Assembly: GCA_013265495.1 (NCBI GenBank)
Contig: MU058384.1
Coordinates: 123,622-187,621 of the forward strand
Source of the DNA: Vicugna vicugna
Taxonomy: Eukaryota
Direction of reading: 5' to 3'
DNA length: 64,000 nt
Each line of letters opens with the position of its first letter. Position 1 is the first letter of the stretch. The notes below the pieces were generated by a model. It did not search any database. It saw nothing but the letters and a program-made list of their open reading frames with translations, and was not told where the DNA came from. Made by a program: the position numbers and the translations under genes. Shown in pieces: positions 28,321 to 40,940 of this stretch.

Positions 28321-29879
28321 AAATTTTATTTTCATATGAAATGGGAGATGAAAAGAAGAAGAAGTTAGGGGAGAGAAGGAGGAGAAAAAGAATAACAAAA
28401 AGAAAGAGGAAACATCAGAAGAGGAAAAGGACAAAGAACAGGGAAAAAACAAGAGATGGGGTCAAGATTTATCCACACTGATTATACCCTTTAAGTTTAT
28501 CTGTGTTTATTAAAATATGTCTGAATCTATAAAATCACTTATGAATATATTTTTCATTTGTATTGGCTTTAAAAATGTCCCCCCGCCGAAAACCTAAGTT
28601 TTGGTTGAATTTCTCTGCAACATGGTGTAGGTAGGTTGCATGATAAACCAGAGCTCTTAGCAGTTCTTCTCAGAAACCTTCCTTTTTTATTTCTTATTTT
28701 CCAGAGAGAGAGCGAGATGGCATTTTCATAAATATTTTAAACTATGAATGAACTATGAAATGGTATTTTAAATACCTATGAAATGGTATTTTCATAAATC
28801 GTTTTAAAATGTTACACTCTATTTCCTTCCCTTTTCCTCCCTTATTGAGCCCCCTTGTGGTAAGTATTTGTAACTTAGCCTTTGGGATAGCTTTTTAAAA
28901 GTGTAACATTGGCTACATGGTGTCTATTTCCTGAATGAATTATGTTGCATTTAAACATTTTAGCAGTCTCACTTAATAATTTGCTTGAATGTAATACAAC
29001 GTGAAAGGAAAAGATTATTGATAGAACTTTCTTTTAAAAGTATTTTCACCTATTAAATATCTGAATATGTAAGTATATATTTAGTACCTTAAAAAATAAA
29101 TGGCACTCCTCATTGAAATACATATATATTCATCTATATATGTACGTACATATGTGTATATACACACACACACACATATACAGACAATAATTAGCGTTTA
29201 GTACTAAATATCTGTGAATGAAAAACACTATTAAAAATGTTAAGGTCACAAAAGGTTTAGCTAAAATGTAAGTATAATCAGATATTTTTGGGCTAGACGT
29301 GATTGAATTGCAGTAGGAGAACCATTTTCCTCCCTGTTACATCCTGTGAGCTGTTACCAGTGGCTTTTCAGGATAACAGACATCAGACGCATCAAAGCCA
29401 TCTTCATAGTATAATTTACAGATGGCCTGGGGAGATCTACAGCAAATGTAAAGAGTGAGAACCACCACACAGAAGGGAAAAAGAACAGATTGGTGGATGT
29501 GTTATTTGTTGGTAGATCTTATGTCTTTCAGAGGTTTTTGACTTCTTCTCCCACTTTCCTTTTTAGCTCTCTGAGTTCCATTTCCTAAACGCCTTGCTTA
29601 CCAACGCAGATACCTTTACTTTGGTCACTCGTTGCTTAAAGTTTTACATTATTTTTTCAAAGTATTTCAAAATTCAAAGAAAGAACTTCTACGGGCAGAA
29701 TTTTTATACTCTTCTTGAGAAGCTAGGAAGATTCATGCATTTTTTTTCAGTGTTTTTAATTAAGTATGGGCTTGGCATTGACTAAGGTGCAGTCATATAA
29801 AGGTAAACAAGGCCCTCATGGAGCTTACTGTATGAGAATGCAATAGGGATGGAGGTTATTCCATGAGAATGCAGAAAAT

Positions 29880-30060
29880 TTGAAATAGAATATAATAGAA
29901 AAATGGAATATTAAATTATGTTGCATTTAATAAGCTTAAATATTGTTTCCTGGAATTTTGTTTCAGTTTGAATATAGACGTGTATGTATGTGTTCTGGGT
30001 TACGGTAATAAAACAAAGAGTCTCACTGTGGGTGCTGTTGAAAACGTTTGAATATCACCA
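29880..30060. mobile_element. hAT-Charlie MITE remnant (Charlie4z-like)
   Basis: aatattgtttcctggaattttgtttcagtt...tctgggttacgg...tcactgtgggtg...aaaacgtttgaa. Confidence 0.5.
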
Positions 30061-31218
30061 CAAGTTACCCTGGTGAAGACTATTGTTCCAGATTAGAGGA
30101 AAAGCACAGTAAAGTTACTTAAACTCTGATGTTAGGAGTCAAGGTTAGAATGGCTCAAAGACATGCCACATAATACACTCTTCAAGATTATTGGAAGTCT
30201 GTGTTTTTTTTTTTTTAATTTAAAATACGTTATTATTTGATAGTTCGTATCTTTCCTGTTGGTGGCACTGTGCACATAGGAGTTAAGAAAAACTTATGGG
30301 AAAAACCACTTCATTTATAGCTATAAATTCTCCACTTGAATTATGCTTGTCTTGTGGAAAATTTCAGAGCAGCACTTTATGCCTCTCAGACTTTATGCCT
30401 CTTATCTTTTCTACAATATGTTCCTATGATATCTCTTAATACTGCGATTTGGAGAGTCCTCTGAATTCAGCTGAATGAACTACTTTTTAAAAATTACTGA
30501 TTTCCAGTTGCTTAATTTCTCAAGTTTTTGGTAAAAAATAATCACTGTCTGCTATTTTAGGCTTCTACACATGACATGGTCTATCATAACAATAGTTAAC
30601 AACAATAACAAGAGACAATTCTTAAATCAATAAAGAAACATTAACTTTGTTATCCGTTTAGGTGCTATATTGATTGCCTTATATTGTTTCCAGTTCATGA
30701 TGTATTTTTGTAACAAGGCATCTATACACTGAAAACTGAGTTGGAAGCAGGGCAGACAACAATGTCAAGGATGCTTTCTAGAATCTTAATTAATTAAAGT
30801 CTTTGAATGAATAGGTAACTCTCCAGTTAGAGCAAATAGGATAAAAGAAATTGATCTGGTGAAGCTAATTTGTGGTGATGGAACGTTGAGATTCAAGCAA
30901 GAGGAAGCAAACGTTTATACAGGAGGAAAGGTGCTCCCAAATGGACACTACCCCAAAATGAAGGATTTAGGCTATTAACGTTACTCATTATGAATGATAT
31001 TTGGCTGTGATTGTCTGCTATTGGACCTTAAAACAATATAGCTATCTGCATATAATATCAATATTGTTTTATACATATTGTCACGAACAAGCATATTGGT
31101 CATGAATTGAGGATCACATTAACAGATTAGAGGGAGCACCATTTCTTCAGTCTTGTGAGCACTGCACTGTAACTCCTCTGTAGCAAAATTTTATTTTTAC
31201 TCTTCTTTACCTTAATCA

Positions 31219-31722
31219 TTTTTTTTTAAGTTGAAGGGTAGTTGATTTACAATGTTAGTTTCAGGTATATAGCAAAGCAGTTGTGTTATATATACATACA
31301 CATACATATAGATACGTATATTTCAGATTTTTTTTCTATTATATGTAATTACAAGAAATTGAATATATTTCCCTGTGCTATACAGTAAGTCCTTGTTGTT
31401 TATCTATTTTATATATAGTAGTGTGTATCTGTTAATCCCAAACTCCTAATTTATCCCTCCCTTGCCCTTTCCTCTTTGGTAATCATAGTTTGTTAGCTAT
31501 GTTTGTAAGTCTATTTTTGGTGTAAATACTTGTATCATTTGTTTTAGATTCCACATATAAGTGATATTATATGATATTTGTCTCTCTGTCTGACCTACTT
31601 CACTTAATATGATAATCTCTAGGTCTATCCATGTTACTGCGAATGGCATTATTTCATTCTGTTTTATGGCTGAGTAATATTCCATTGTGTGTGTGTGTGT
31701 GTGTGTACATCACATCTTTATC
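31219..31722 (-). mobile_element. Young cetartiodactyl-type L1 3' end
   Basis: PolyT tail; ORF 31497-31685 (MEYYSAIKQNEIMPFAVTWIDLEIIILSEV) is ORF2 C-terminus; (TG)n at ~31686-31705. Confidence 0.9.
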
Positions 31723-32084
31723 AATGTTTGCTCCTTTGTCTTGCTGAAATAAGTGAGTTTTAAGTGGGAATTTCTTTCTTTCATTTAAAGCAACTTGGTT
31801 ATTGAAAAATATTCTGTTTATGTAAGCCAGTTAACTTTATTAAAAGCCAAAGAAAATTTACAAACAGTTTGTAAACAGATTAAAATGATTATCTACCATG
31901 TATCCATCATTATAATACCACACAGAGTAATTTCAATGTCCTAAAAAGCCTTTGTTTTCATTGTTTATCCCTATCTACCAACTTCTGATTAATCATTTCA
32001 ATCTGCCATCCTGAAGGTAAATTCCTCTAGTTAATCATGAGACTCATATTTGGTATTCTTTTTACTGCTCCCATTTTTTTATTA

Positions 32085-33120
32085 ATAGATTTCTTTTAAA
32101 AGAAAGTTTTAATTCAAAGAAAAATTGAGAGGAAAGTATGGAGAATTCCCATTACCTACTATTTCCCCACCACACACAGCCCACCTTCAGCGTGAAGCTG
32201 CATTGACACATCATTATCATCCAGGTCCATAGTTTACATTCTATGATCCCCAAAAAGTATAATGACATGTATCCACCATTATATCATACAGAGAATTTTC
32301 ACTGCCCTTTTGTTCCCCCCGTTTATCCCTACCTGCCAGCTTCTGATAAACACTGACCTTTTCACTGTCTCCATAGTGTTGCCTTTTCCAAAATGTCATA
32401 TGGTTGGAATCATACAATAGGTAGCCTTTTCCAATTGACTTCTTTAACTTAGTAATGTATATGTAAATTTCCTCCATGTCTTTTTGTGGCTTGATAGCTC
32501 ATTTCTTTTTAGCACTGAGTAATACTCTGTTGTCTTGATGGATCACACTTCATCTGTTTACCTACTGAAGGATGTCTTGGCTGCTTCCAAGTTTTGGCAA
32601 TTGTGAATAAAGCTGCTATAAAAATCTGTGTGCAAGCTTTTGCATAGACATAAGTTTTCAACTCTTGTTGATTTATACCAAGGAGCATGATTATATGGTA
32701 AGAGTGTGTTTAGTATTGTAGGGACGTACCAAACTGTCTTGCAAAGTGGCTGTACCATTTTGCCTTCCCACAAGCAGTGAATGAGAGTTCCTGTTGCTCC
32801 ACATCTTCATCAGTATTTGATGTTATCAGTGTTCTGGAATTTGGCTGTTCTATTAAGTGTGTGGTGGTATTTTACTGTCTTAATCTGCAGTTCCCTAATG
32901 AATATTATTTTGAGCATGTATTATTTTATATGCTTCCTATGCTTATTTGACATCTGTATACAGTCTTTGGTGGGGTGTCTGTTCATATCTTTTGCCCACT
33001 TTAAAATCGAGTTATTCATTTTCTTATTGTTGAATTTTAAGAGTTCCTTGTGCATTTTGGATAATGGTTCCTTATCAGATATGTCTTTTGTAAATTTTTT
33101 CACCCAATCTGTGGCTTGAC
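32085..33120 (-). mobile_element. L1MC1-like 3' end
   Basis: Degenerate ORF2 C-terminal peptides (VQPLCKTVW; ATDWVKKFTKDISDKEPLSKMHKELL) followed by an L1MC-type 3'UTR. Confidence 0.88.
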
Positions 33121-33254
33121 TTCTGATTCTCTTGACCTCAGTTTTTTCCCCCCCCTCAAGGAAACTAAATGCTTTTGGGTGACAAAACATTATCAATATA
33201 GGAAGAGGAAGAAGAGAGGTAGGGAGGGAGGGGGAGAGATTGTGAACTGGCTTG

Positions 33255-33670
33255 CTCAATTTCAGTTTCATCCTATTCCAATTCAAGGTATTGAAAAGTT
33301 AAAAATGGCAATTTTTAGACTCTATTTCAGCTAGGATTTACTGTGCAAAATTGATCCATCAAGAAAGTGCACTCACATGAGATTTGAAGGTGCAAGTGAG
33401 TAAGAGGCAGCTTTTCTTGTGCTTGAAGTTAGTAGTGAGATCTGATTTGTGAGTTTTTGCATACACTGACATCAGTTGAGCTCCTCACCTCTTGGCTGGA
33501 CATGACTAGGTTATGGGGCAACAGAGGTGGAGGCAAAACACCCTCCTAACTGCCACATCTCAGCTTTAAGGGAGGTCACCTCAATTCTCTGGTCCAGTGG
33601 TAGCCCCTGGGGACCTTCTGATAATTTTTAAAGTATCTAATACCTGGTATTAATTCCCTTGATGCCCCTC
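33255..33670 (+). mobile_element. ERVL LTR (LTR33-like)
   Basis: cagctaggatt...gtgcactcacatgagatttgaaggtgcaagtgag...tatctaatacctggtattaattccc. Confidence 0.55.
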
Positions 33671-34554
33671 CAATACTTTTATAAGTGTCTTATACAGGGC
33701 AATAATAATTATTTCATTTGAAATAACTTATTTTTGTTGTTTTGTGCTGAGTACTCTTCAATTATTAAATTATGTATAATGGTTAAATATAGACATCCCA
33801 GTATGCTTGTGAATCTCCTATTACTTTTATAACTTGACGATATTATGGTACGGGAGAAAAATCTTTGTTTTAATTTAGGTGCTTGGAATCTGTTTGGAAA
33901 GTTAAAATGTAATTTTAAAACATTAAGTGAAACAAAGGCATTCAAATTCCAGATTGGAAAATTTGTTAAAATTAATTACAAAATAGGGAGGAAGTATGTG
34001 TTGTTGGAAGGCTAGAGCATGCCTTCCTGTAAGAACTGGCTGCTTTAATATTCTCTCACTGTATTCACCTCAGAACAGTGTCAAAATGCCAAAAGAGAGT
34101 CATGGTTTGTATTATAAGTACAAAAACAATCCCAAAATATCAGTCTTGTATGCTTGTGTTTTTCAGTCCCAGCTTTGGTTTTCCCAGTTGCTCTGTCCAT
34201 GTCTGGTTGTGATACTATGTCTGATATCTACTCCAACTCCTATAGATCACATCTGGCTCTTCATTAAAACTCAGATTTCTGATATAGTAATTTTCTCCTT
34301 GGCTTACTCTGAAACCACTTTTCCTCTTTATCTGCACTAAGGGTAGTCTAAATTAGGCCGTTTACATTTTTAGTTCTTCTTATTCTGCACAATATTGAAG
34401 TTTTTTGACAGATGACAGGGTAGAGCTTGCGGTGTCTGGTGACCAGCTTGCTAATAACATGGCTGTAAAAAATACTGAAAAGTCATTCTGATACAGAAAA
34501 ATGTCAGTTAGGTAAGGCAGTTTGTCTTTATTAGTAGCACTCACTATAATAATA

Positions 34555-35820
34555 TTTATTCATTTATCCATCCCACGTAACATTTATTTAGATACGTTGC
34601 TCAATCAGTGAAAAGCACAAAAACTAGATATGGTGCATGTGCTTGTGGATTTTAAACTCTAAAGGGAAATAGAGACAGTATGTCAGTAATTGCAAATAAG
34701 GCATAGATGGACAATGAAAGAAACAGCTAAGAAATTTGCAGTTGAAAACCTAACCTGGTGTAGTCAATCAGCGATAGACTCACTGAAAAACTGACACACA
34801 GTGTGTGCCCCTCTTGGCAAATTAAAAGATACTCATGTGTTTGTAGCAGTGCAGCTTGTAAGGAAGGGTTTAACATGAGATTAGGCTGCGTAGAAAGTCT
34901 GAGAACAGACCATGGAGGGTTTTATAAGCCAAATGTAGGAATTTACTTGGTATTTAGGTGTAATTAGAAATCATAGGAAGATGTTATTCAAGGAAGTTAC
35001 ATGATCAAATTTGAGTTAATTTTGAGGACACTGCAGAGAAAGGAGACAGAAATGGCAATTAAAAAGCTAAGCAATTAGAATGGTTGTGATAAAGGTGGCG
35101 GCAACTAAGCTATTTATAAATATGCAGCGAATCTGGTGATTGACCAGGTGTGTCCAGAGAAGGAGAGATAGAGACAAAATATGGGCTATCAATGTAGTAA
35201 TGACTGATTACTAAAAAGAAAAAAAATACAGGATATCTAATTAAATTTGAATTTCAGTAAAATAATGAATGACATTTTTAGTATAAGTAGGCCTAATGGA
35301 CTATTTAAAGCATACTTATACAAAATTACTCATCTTTGGGTCTGACATCCAAATTTAACTGAGTGTTCTAAATTTTATCAGTGAGTCTTGTATCTATCAA
35401 TTAGAAATTTACAAAAGAGTGAATATTTGGTTTAATATGGTGAATTTAATATGATAAAAGTTGTTGAAGATGCCAAAAAAGATACTGAAGTGAGAATTTA
35501 GAGTTGGTGTTTTAGACATTTAGGTCTGAATTTTAGGAGAAATAATTATTTTTGTGGTAAATATCTTACAACACCAAATAAATCCTAAAACAATAGAAGT
35601 TGATAATCTTCTGTAAGTGTAGTATACAGAATGAGGGTATGAAGAATCTGAGACAAGACAGAGGGGGAAAACCCCAGCATTTAAAGGCTGATTACAAGAC
35701 ATGGCATCAAAAGCACGGAAACTTGGTGGCTGAAGAGGAAGCAGGACAAGGAGAACCGGCTTCACAAAAGTCGAAGACGAGGAGCTGTTTGAAGAAGCAG
35801 GGCTTGTTGAAAGAGTCACG
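34555..35820 (-). mobile_element. L2 remnant, interrupted by MER53
   Basis: atttattcatttatcc...acatttatt tail; cagaccatggagggttttataagcc; aaaaccccagcatttaaagg. Confidence 0.65.
35222..35390. mobile_element. MER53 palindromic DNA transposon (MITE)
   Basis: aaaatacaggatatctaattaaatttgaatttcag...tagtataagtag...catacttatacaaaa...tctgacatccaaatttaactgagtgttct; the two arms are self-complementary. Confidence 0.8.
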
Positions 35821-36489
35821 TTCTTCCTTGTTCTTTTTGTTTAGTTATTATCCCCCCTGTAGGTCTGTCTCTATCCCAGTGTGTAGTAAATGCTGCTGGT
35901 TCCCTGCCATCGCCCTAACATTTCAGTGCAGAATGATTGGATTTCCAACTGTCAGCATCTATATCTTTTTGCCTCTGGACAAAGCATATGTGGAAGCCCA
36001 AAGCACAGGCGCTTGGCCCAAGCTCACAAAAGGCCGTAAGTGCTGAGGAAGAAATCCTTCATGGGAGCTGCCCCATCCAAAGACTGATTGGAGTTGGTAT
36101 GTTAAATACAGCAGCATTGTAATTATCACTGAATTCTGTATTCTTCGTTGTCTCTCAGAGTTTTCCAGTTCTAATTACTTTCGAATGACTCTCAATGGTG
36201 ACACACTTGATTATTATTTTTCTTTCTTTTTCTGTCTCATTTCCCACTGTGCAGACAGTGTTTCTTGGGCTCAGGACCCAACTAAATCAGTCATTTTCTC
36301 AAGATCTGATTCTGAGAAAACCCAACTTAAGATGCAGTATTTTGAGAGAAATCTGTTTTCAGTCAAAATCACAGCTATAATTGGAAAATATTAAGACCTA
36401 TCAGTCTTAATAGGTTACAGGGTTACAAGAAATTCTGAGCATGGAACTTTCTGTGTTCCCGATCTGTACAGGCTACTAAAATCACTGAG

Positions 36490-39465
36490 ACAATTTACAG
36501 AAATCCTCTTTAGATACAGTGACACATATAGTTTAAAAGTAAATGAATAGAGAAATATATACCATGCTAACACTAATCAAAGAAGTAGAAATGTCTGTAT
36601 TAGTCTCAGACAGAACAGAATTCAATGCAAGGAAAGATGTCAGGGATAAAAAAGGATACATTGCATAAAGATAAAGGATTCAATTCTCCAATAAGGCATA
36701 ACAATTCTTAACATGTATATGCCTACCAACAAAGTATCAAACTATATGAGGCAAAACTAATAAAATTACAAAGAGAAATGGATAAAGTTACTTTTACAGT
36801 TGGAGACTTCAGCACCTCTCTATCAGAAATGGACAGATCGAGCAGGCAGAAAATTACTACAGTCAGCAACACCATCAACCAACCGACTCGGTACAGTAGA
36901 CGTCTATATACTACTTTATCCAACAACAGCAGGATATATATTCTTTCAGGTTCACATGGAACATTTACCAATAGACCATATTTTGGGCAATGAAACACAC
37001 CTTTAATGAAAACAATCAAAATCATACAATGTTGACTCTCAGACCATAATAGAATTAAACTGGAAATCAATAATAGAAGGGTAACTGGAAAATCCCACGT
37101 ACATGGAGATTAAACAATGCACTTCTAAGTTACATGAGTCAAAGAAGAAATCTGAAAATAAATTAAAAACTATTTTAAACTTGATGAATGTGAAACCACA
37201 ATGTTTCACAAAGTTTATGGGATGCAGTGAAAACAGTGCTTAGAGGGCAATTTATAGCAATGAGTACATATTACAGAAAAGAAGAAAGATGTAAAATCAA
37301 GTTTCTGCCTTAGGAAATTAGAGGGGGAAAAGTACATTAAGTCCAAAATAAGTAGAAGAAAAGAAATAAAAATTAGAACAGAAACTGACATAGTATAAAA
37401 CAGAAAATCAGTAGAGAAAATCAATGAAAACAAAAGCTGGTTCTTTGAAAAGATCAATAAAATAAGTAAGCCTCCAGGCAGACTAGCTAAGAAAAAATAG
37501 ACTCAAATTATTAATATCAGAAATGAAAGAAAGAACATCACTACTGATCCTGCGGTCTTTAAAGGGATAATGAAGAAATGCTACAAACAATTCTGTGCCC
37601 ATAAATTTGATAGCTTAGATGGAATGCACCATTTCCTTGAAAGACACAACTTGCCAAAAATTAATTCAAAAAATAAACAATCTGAATAAGTCTATATCTA
37701 TTAAAGAAATTGAATCAATAAGTAACCTCTGAAACAAAGCATCAGTCCCAGATGGATTCACAGGTGAGTTCCAGCAAACATTTATGGAAGATATTATACC
37801 AATTCACTACAGTCTCTTTCAGAGGATAGAAATCTGAGTTTTAATGAAGACCCAAATATGATCTAGGAGTCAGAGTAGAAGATATCAGACAGAATATAAT
37901 AACCAGATATGGACAGAGCATTTGGGAAACCTTAGCTAACTACATACTTTAGGCTAAGAAATTCCAAGCTTTCACACTAAGATCAGCTAAGAGAGGCAAA
38001 AATGACTCCTACCACTATTTCTTTTCAGCATCGTAGTGGAAGTTGTAGATAATGCAGTAAGACAAGTAAAGGACATAAAATACATACAGATTGGAGAATA
38101 TATACAAATTGGAGAATACATAATATATATACATAAGAGAAAAACTGTCTTTTTTTCACAGGTAATGTGGTTGTCTGTGTAGAAAATCTGACAGAGTTTA
38201 CCAAAAAATAACCTCCTGGAACTCAATGTTTATATCAGGATTGCAAGATACAAGTTTAAGATACAGAAGTCAGTTGCTGTCCTATATACTATCAATGAAT
38301 GAGTGGAACTTGAAATTAAAAACAAAATCTAATTTACATCAGCACTTAAAAAATGAAATACTTAGATATAAATCTAACAGGATAATCTAGAAGATCCATA
38401 ATAAGAAAACTACAAAACTTTGATGAATGAGATCAAAGGAGAACTAAAGAAATGAAGAGATATTCCATGTTTATGGATAGGAAAGCTCAACATTTTGAAG
38501 ATGCCACTTTTTCCCAAATTGAGCTATAGAGTCAATGCAGTCCCAATCAAAATTCCAGCAGGATATTTTGTGGATATTGACAAACTAGTAAAAAGACCCA
38601 GAATAGCCAACATAATATTGAAGGGAGAAAACAAAGTTGGAGGTCTGATGCTATCTGACTTCAAGACTTACTATAAAGTTAGAGTAATCAAAACAGTGTT
38701 ATATTAGCAAAATAATAAACAGATAAATCAATGGAACAGAATAGAGATCTTATAAATTGACTCCCATAATTAAACTCAACTGATCATTGATGAAGGGTCA
38801 AATACAGTATAATGGAGCAAAGATGATTGGTCTCCTAGGAGATAACAGAGGCTAAATTGTAGATAACCTTGGGTATGGCAATGACTTTTTAGATACAGTG
38901 CCAAAGGCATGACCCATGTAAGACTTAACGGATAATCTGGGCATCATTAAAAATTACCTTCTACTCTGCAAAAGACTATGTCAAGAAAATAAGATGACAT
39001 GTCACAGAGAGAAAATTTCAAAAGATCTATAGAAAGCACTACATTCCAAAATATGCAAAGAACTATTAAGACTCAATAGTAAGAAAGCTAACAACCTGAT
39101 TAAAAAATGACCCAAAGGTCTTAATAGATACCTTACCAAAGAAGATGTACAGATAGCAAATAAGCATATGAAAAAATGATCCATGTTATATGATTTCAGG
39201 GAAATGTAAATTAAAACAACAATCAGATATCACTATGCATCTGTTAGAATGGCTGAAATCTAGGACACCCACAACTCCAAATGTAGAGCAGCAGGAATTC
39301 TCATTCATTGCTGGTGGGGACACAAAATGTTATGGCCACTTTGGAAGATAGTTTAGCATTTCCTTGTAAAACTAAAGATACTCCTACCATAGAATCCAGC
39401 AATCAGGCTCCTTGATATTTACCAAATGGAGCTGGAAACTTACGTCCACTTACACAGAGATGTTT
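36490..39465 (+). mobile_element. Old L1 (L1MB/L1MC-like) ORF2 region, degenerate, 3' end missing
   Basis: EN-like peptide VGDFSTSLSEMDRSSRQKI, RT-downstream peptide LPKL-like PLFPKLSYRVNAVPIKIPAGYF; many stops and frameshifts. Confidence 0.92.
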
Positions 39466-39469
39466 ACTG

Positions 39470-39869
39470 TTTTTTAGGTTCCACATATAAGTGATATCAT
39501 ACAGTATTTTTCTTTCTCTTTCTGGCTTACTTCACTTAGAATGACAATCTCTAGGTCAATCCATGTTGCTGCAAATGGTATTATTTTATTCTTTTTTATG
39601 GCTGAGTAGTATTCCATCATGTAAATATACCACATCTTCTTTGTCCATTCATCTCTCTGTGGACATTTAGGTTGTTTCCATGTCTTGGTTATTGTAAATA
39701 GTACTGCTATGAACACTGAGGTGCATGCATCTTTTTGAATTAGAGTTTCCTCCATATATATGCCCAGGAGTGGAATTGCTGGATCATAGGGTAAGTGTAT
39801 TTCCAGTTTTTGGAGGAATTTCCATACTGTTTTCCATAATGGCTGCACCAAACTATATTCCCACCAACT
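39470..39869 (-). mobile_element. Young L1 fragment: open ORF2 C-terminus, no 3'UTR
   Basis: ORF 39474-39851 (VQPLWKTVWKFLQKLEIHLPYDPAIPLLGIY...MEYYSAIKKN...YCMISLICGT*) ends at a short A-tract just after the stop. Confidence 0.92.
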
Positions 39870-39965
39870 GGGGGAGTAGGAGTATTTAGCTCAGTGGTAA
39901 AGTGCATGCTTAGCATGCATGAGGTCCTGTGTTTAATCCCCAGTACCTTCATTAAAAAAATAAAT
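39870..39965 (+). mobile_element. tRNA-Ala-derived SINE (camelid Vic-1-like)
   Basis: gggg...tagctcagtggtaaagtgcatgcttagcatgcatgaggtcctgtgtttaatccccagtaccttcattaaaaaaa: A box, AGC anticodon arm, degenerate B box, A tail. Confidence 0.85.
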
Positions 39966-39967
39966 TC

Positions 39968-40429
39968 TGTATTATGTGCTGTCTTGATATCTGATAAAAT
40001 CAAAAGGTCTAACTGCAAGTCACTCAACCTACTTTGCACACATGGATAATATCTCCTAGCTAAATAACTTTTCTTATCATGGAGATGAGGCATAGTGCAT
40101 GCTTATCTCTGAGTGGCAGGCTTCAGTTCCTTGCCAGCCTGTGGAATTATTCAAACAAGCCAATCTTATCTTCTTACAGGAACCAGGGGTTCACCTCATC
40201 CTCTTGTTCCTTCTCATTATTTCCCTTTCTTTACTCTGTTCCCATATGCAGTCCCCATGTGGTCCTGCATTGTGTGGTATGCTCCACCCCTGGGTTGTGA
40301 GTATATATGACTAAAAAATTGTTATTGATCTCATCTGTTCAGTGTTCAGTGTCATGTGTTGGCCATGCTGCAGCAGTAAGACAGGAAAACCTCCCTCACC
40401 AGTGGGGTAAAGAGTAGGAAATCAAAACA
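39968..40429 (+). mobile_element. ERVL solo LTR (MER74-like)
   Basis: TG...CA termini; gtgagtatatatgactaaaaaattg...gatctcatctgttcagtg...ccctcaccagtggggtaaagag...atcaaaaca. Confidence 0.6.
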
Positions 40430-40498
40430 GGGACTGTGAATTTCATCCCCTTCTCTCCTTTTTCTCTGCAAGAAGAAGTGTTTTAGGCCAACCCAGAG

Positions 40499-40940
40499 TG
40501 TTATGGGTTGAATTATGCCTAACTCCCACTACAGCAGAATGCGATCTTATCTAGAAATAGGGTCATTGCACATAAAATTACTTAAGTTAAGATGAGGTCA
40601 TACTGACATAGGGTGGGCTGCTAACCCTATGACTGGTATCCTCATAAGAAGATGAACATCTGAAGACCCAGAGACATCAGGGAGAATGTCATGTGGCAGT
40701 GAAGGTGGAGATTGGAGTTGTGTAGTTGCAAGCCAAGGGATGCCAGAGATAGTGGGCAGAGCACCAGAAGCTGGGAAGAGGCAAGGAAGCATTCCCCTCC
40801 CCTACAGTTTAGGGGGACTATAACCCTACCAACACCTTGATTTTGGACTTCTGGCCTTCAGAACTGAGACAATAAACTTCTCTTTTTTTTATTACCCAGT
40901 AGGTGCTAGTTTGTTATGTCAGCCCTAGAAAATGAATAAA
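40499..40940 (+). mobile_element. MaLR solo LTR (MLT1C-like)
   Basis: tgttatgggttgaatt...gttaagatgaggtcatac...caagccaagggatgcc...accagaagctgggaagaggcaaggaag...cagccctagaaaatgaataaa. Confidence 0.88.

Noticed and set aside
28284..28481. Lys/Arg-rich ORF resembling a protamine or NLS protein
   Set aside because: Produced by a low-complexity GA-rich tract next to a MIR.
35600..36046. Longest ORF (148 aa) as a gene
   Set aside because: Starts on a non-ATG codon, overlaps an antisense L2 remnant, has no recognisable domain or exon structure.
39875..39951. Functional tRNA-Ala gene
   Set aside because: Extended G-rich 5' end, mutated B box (gtttaatc), imperfect stems and an A tail fit a SINE better.
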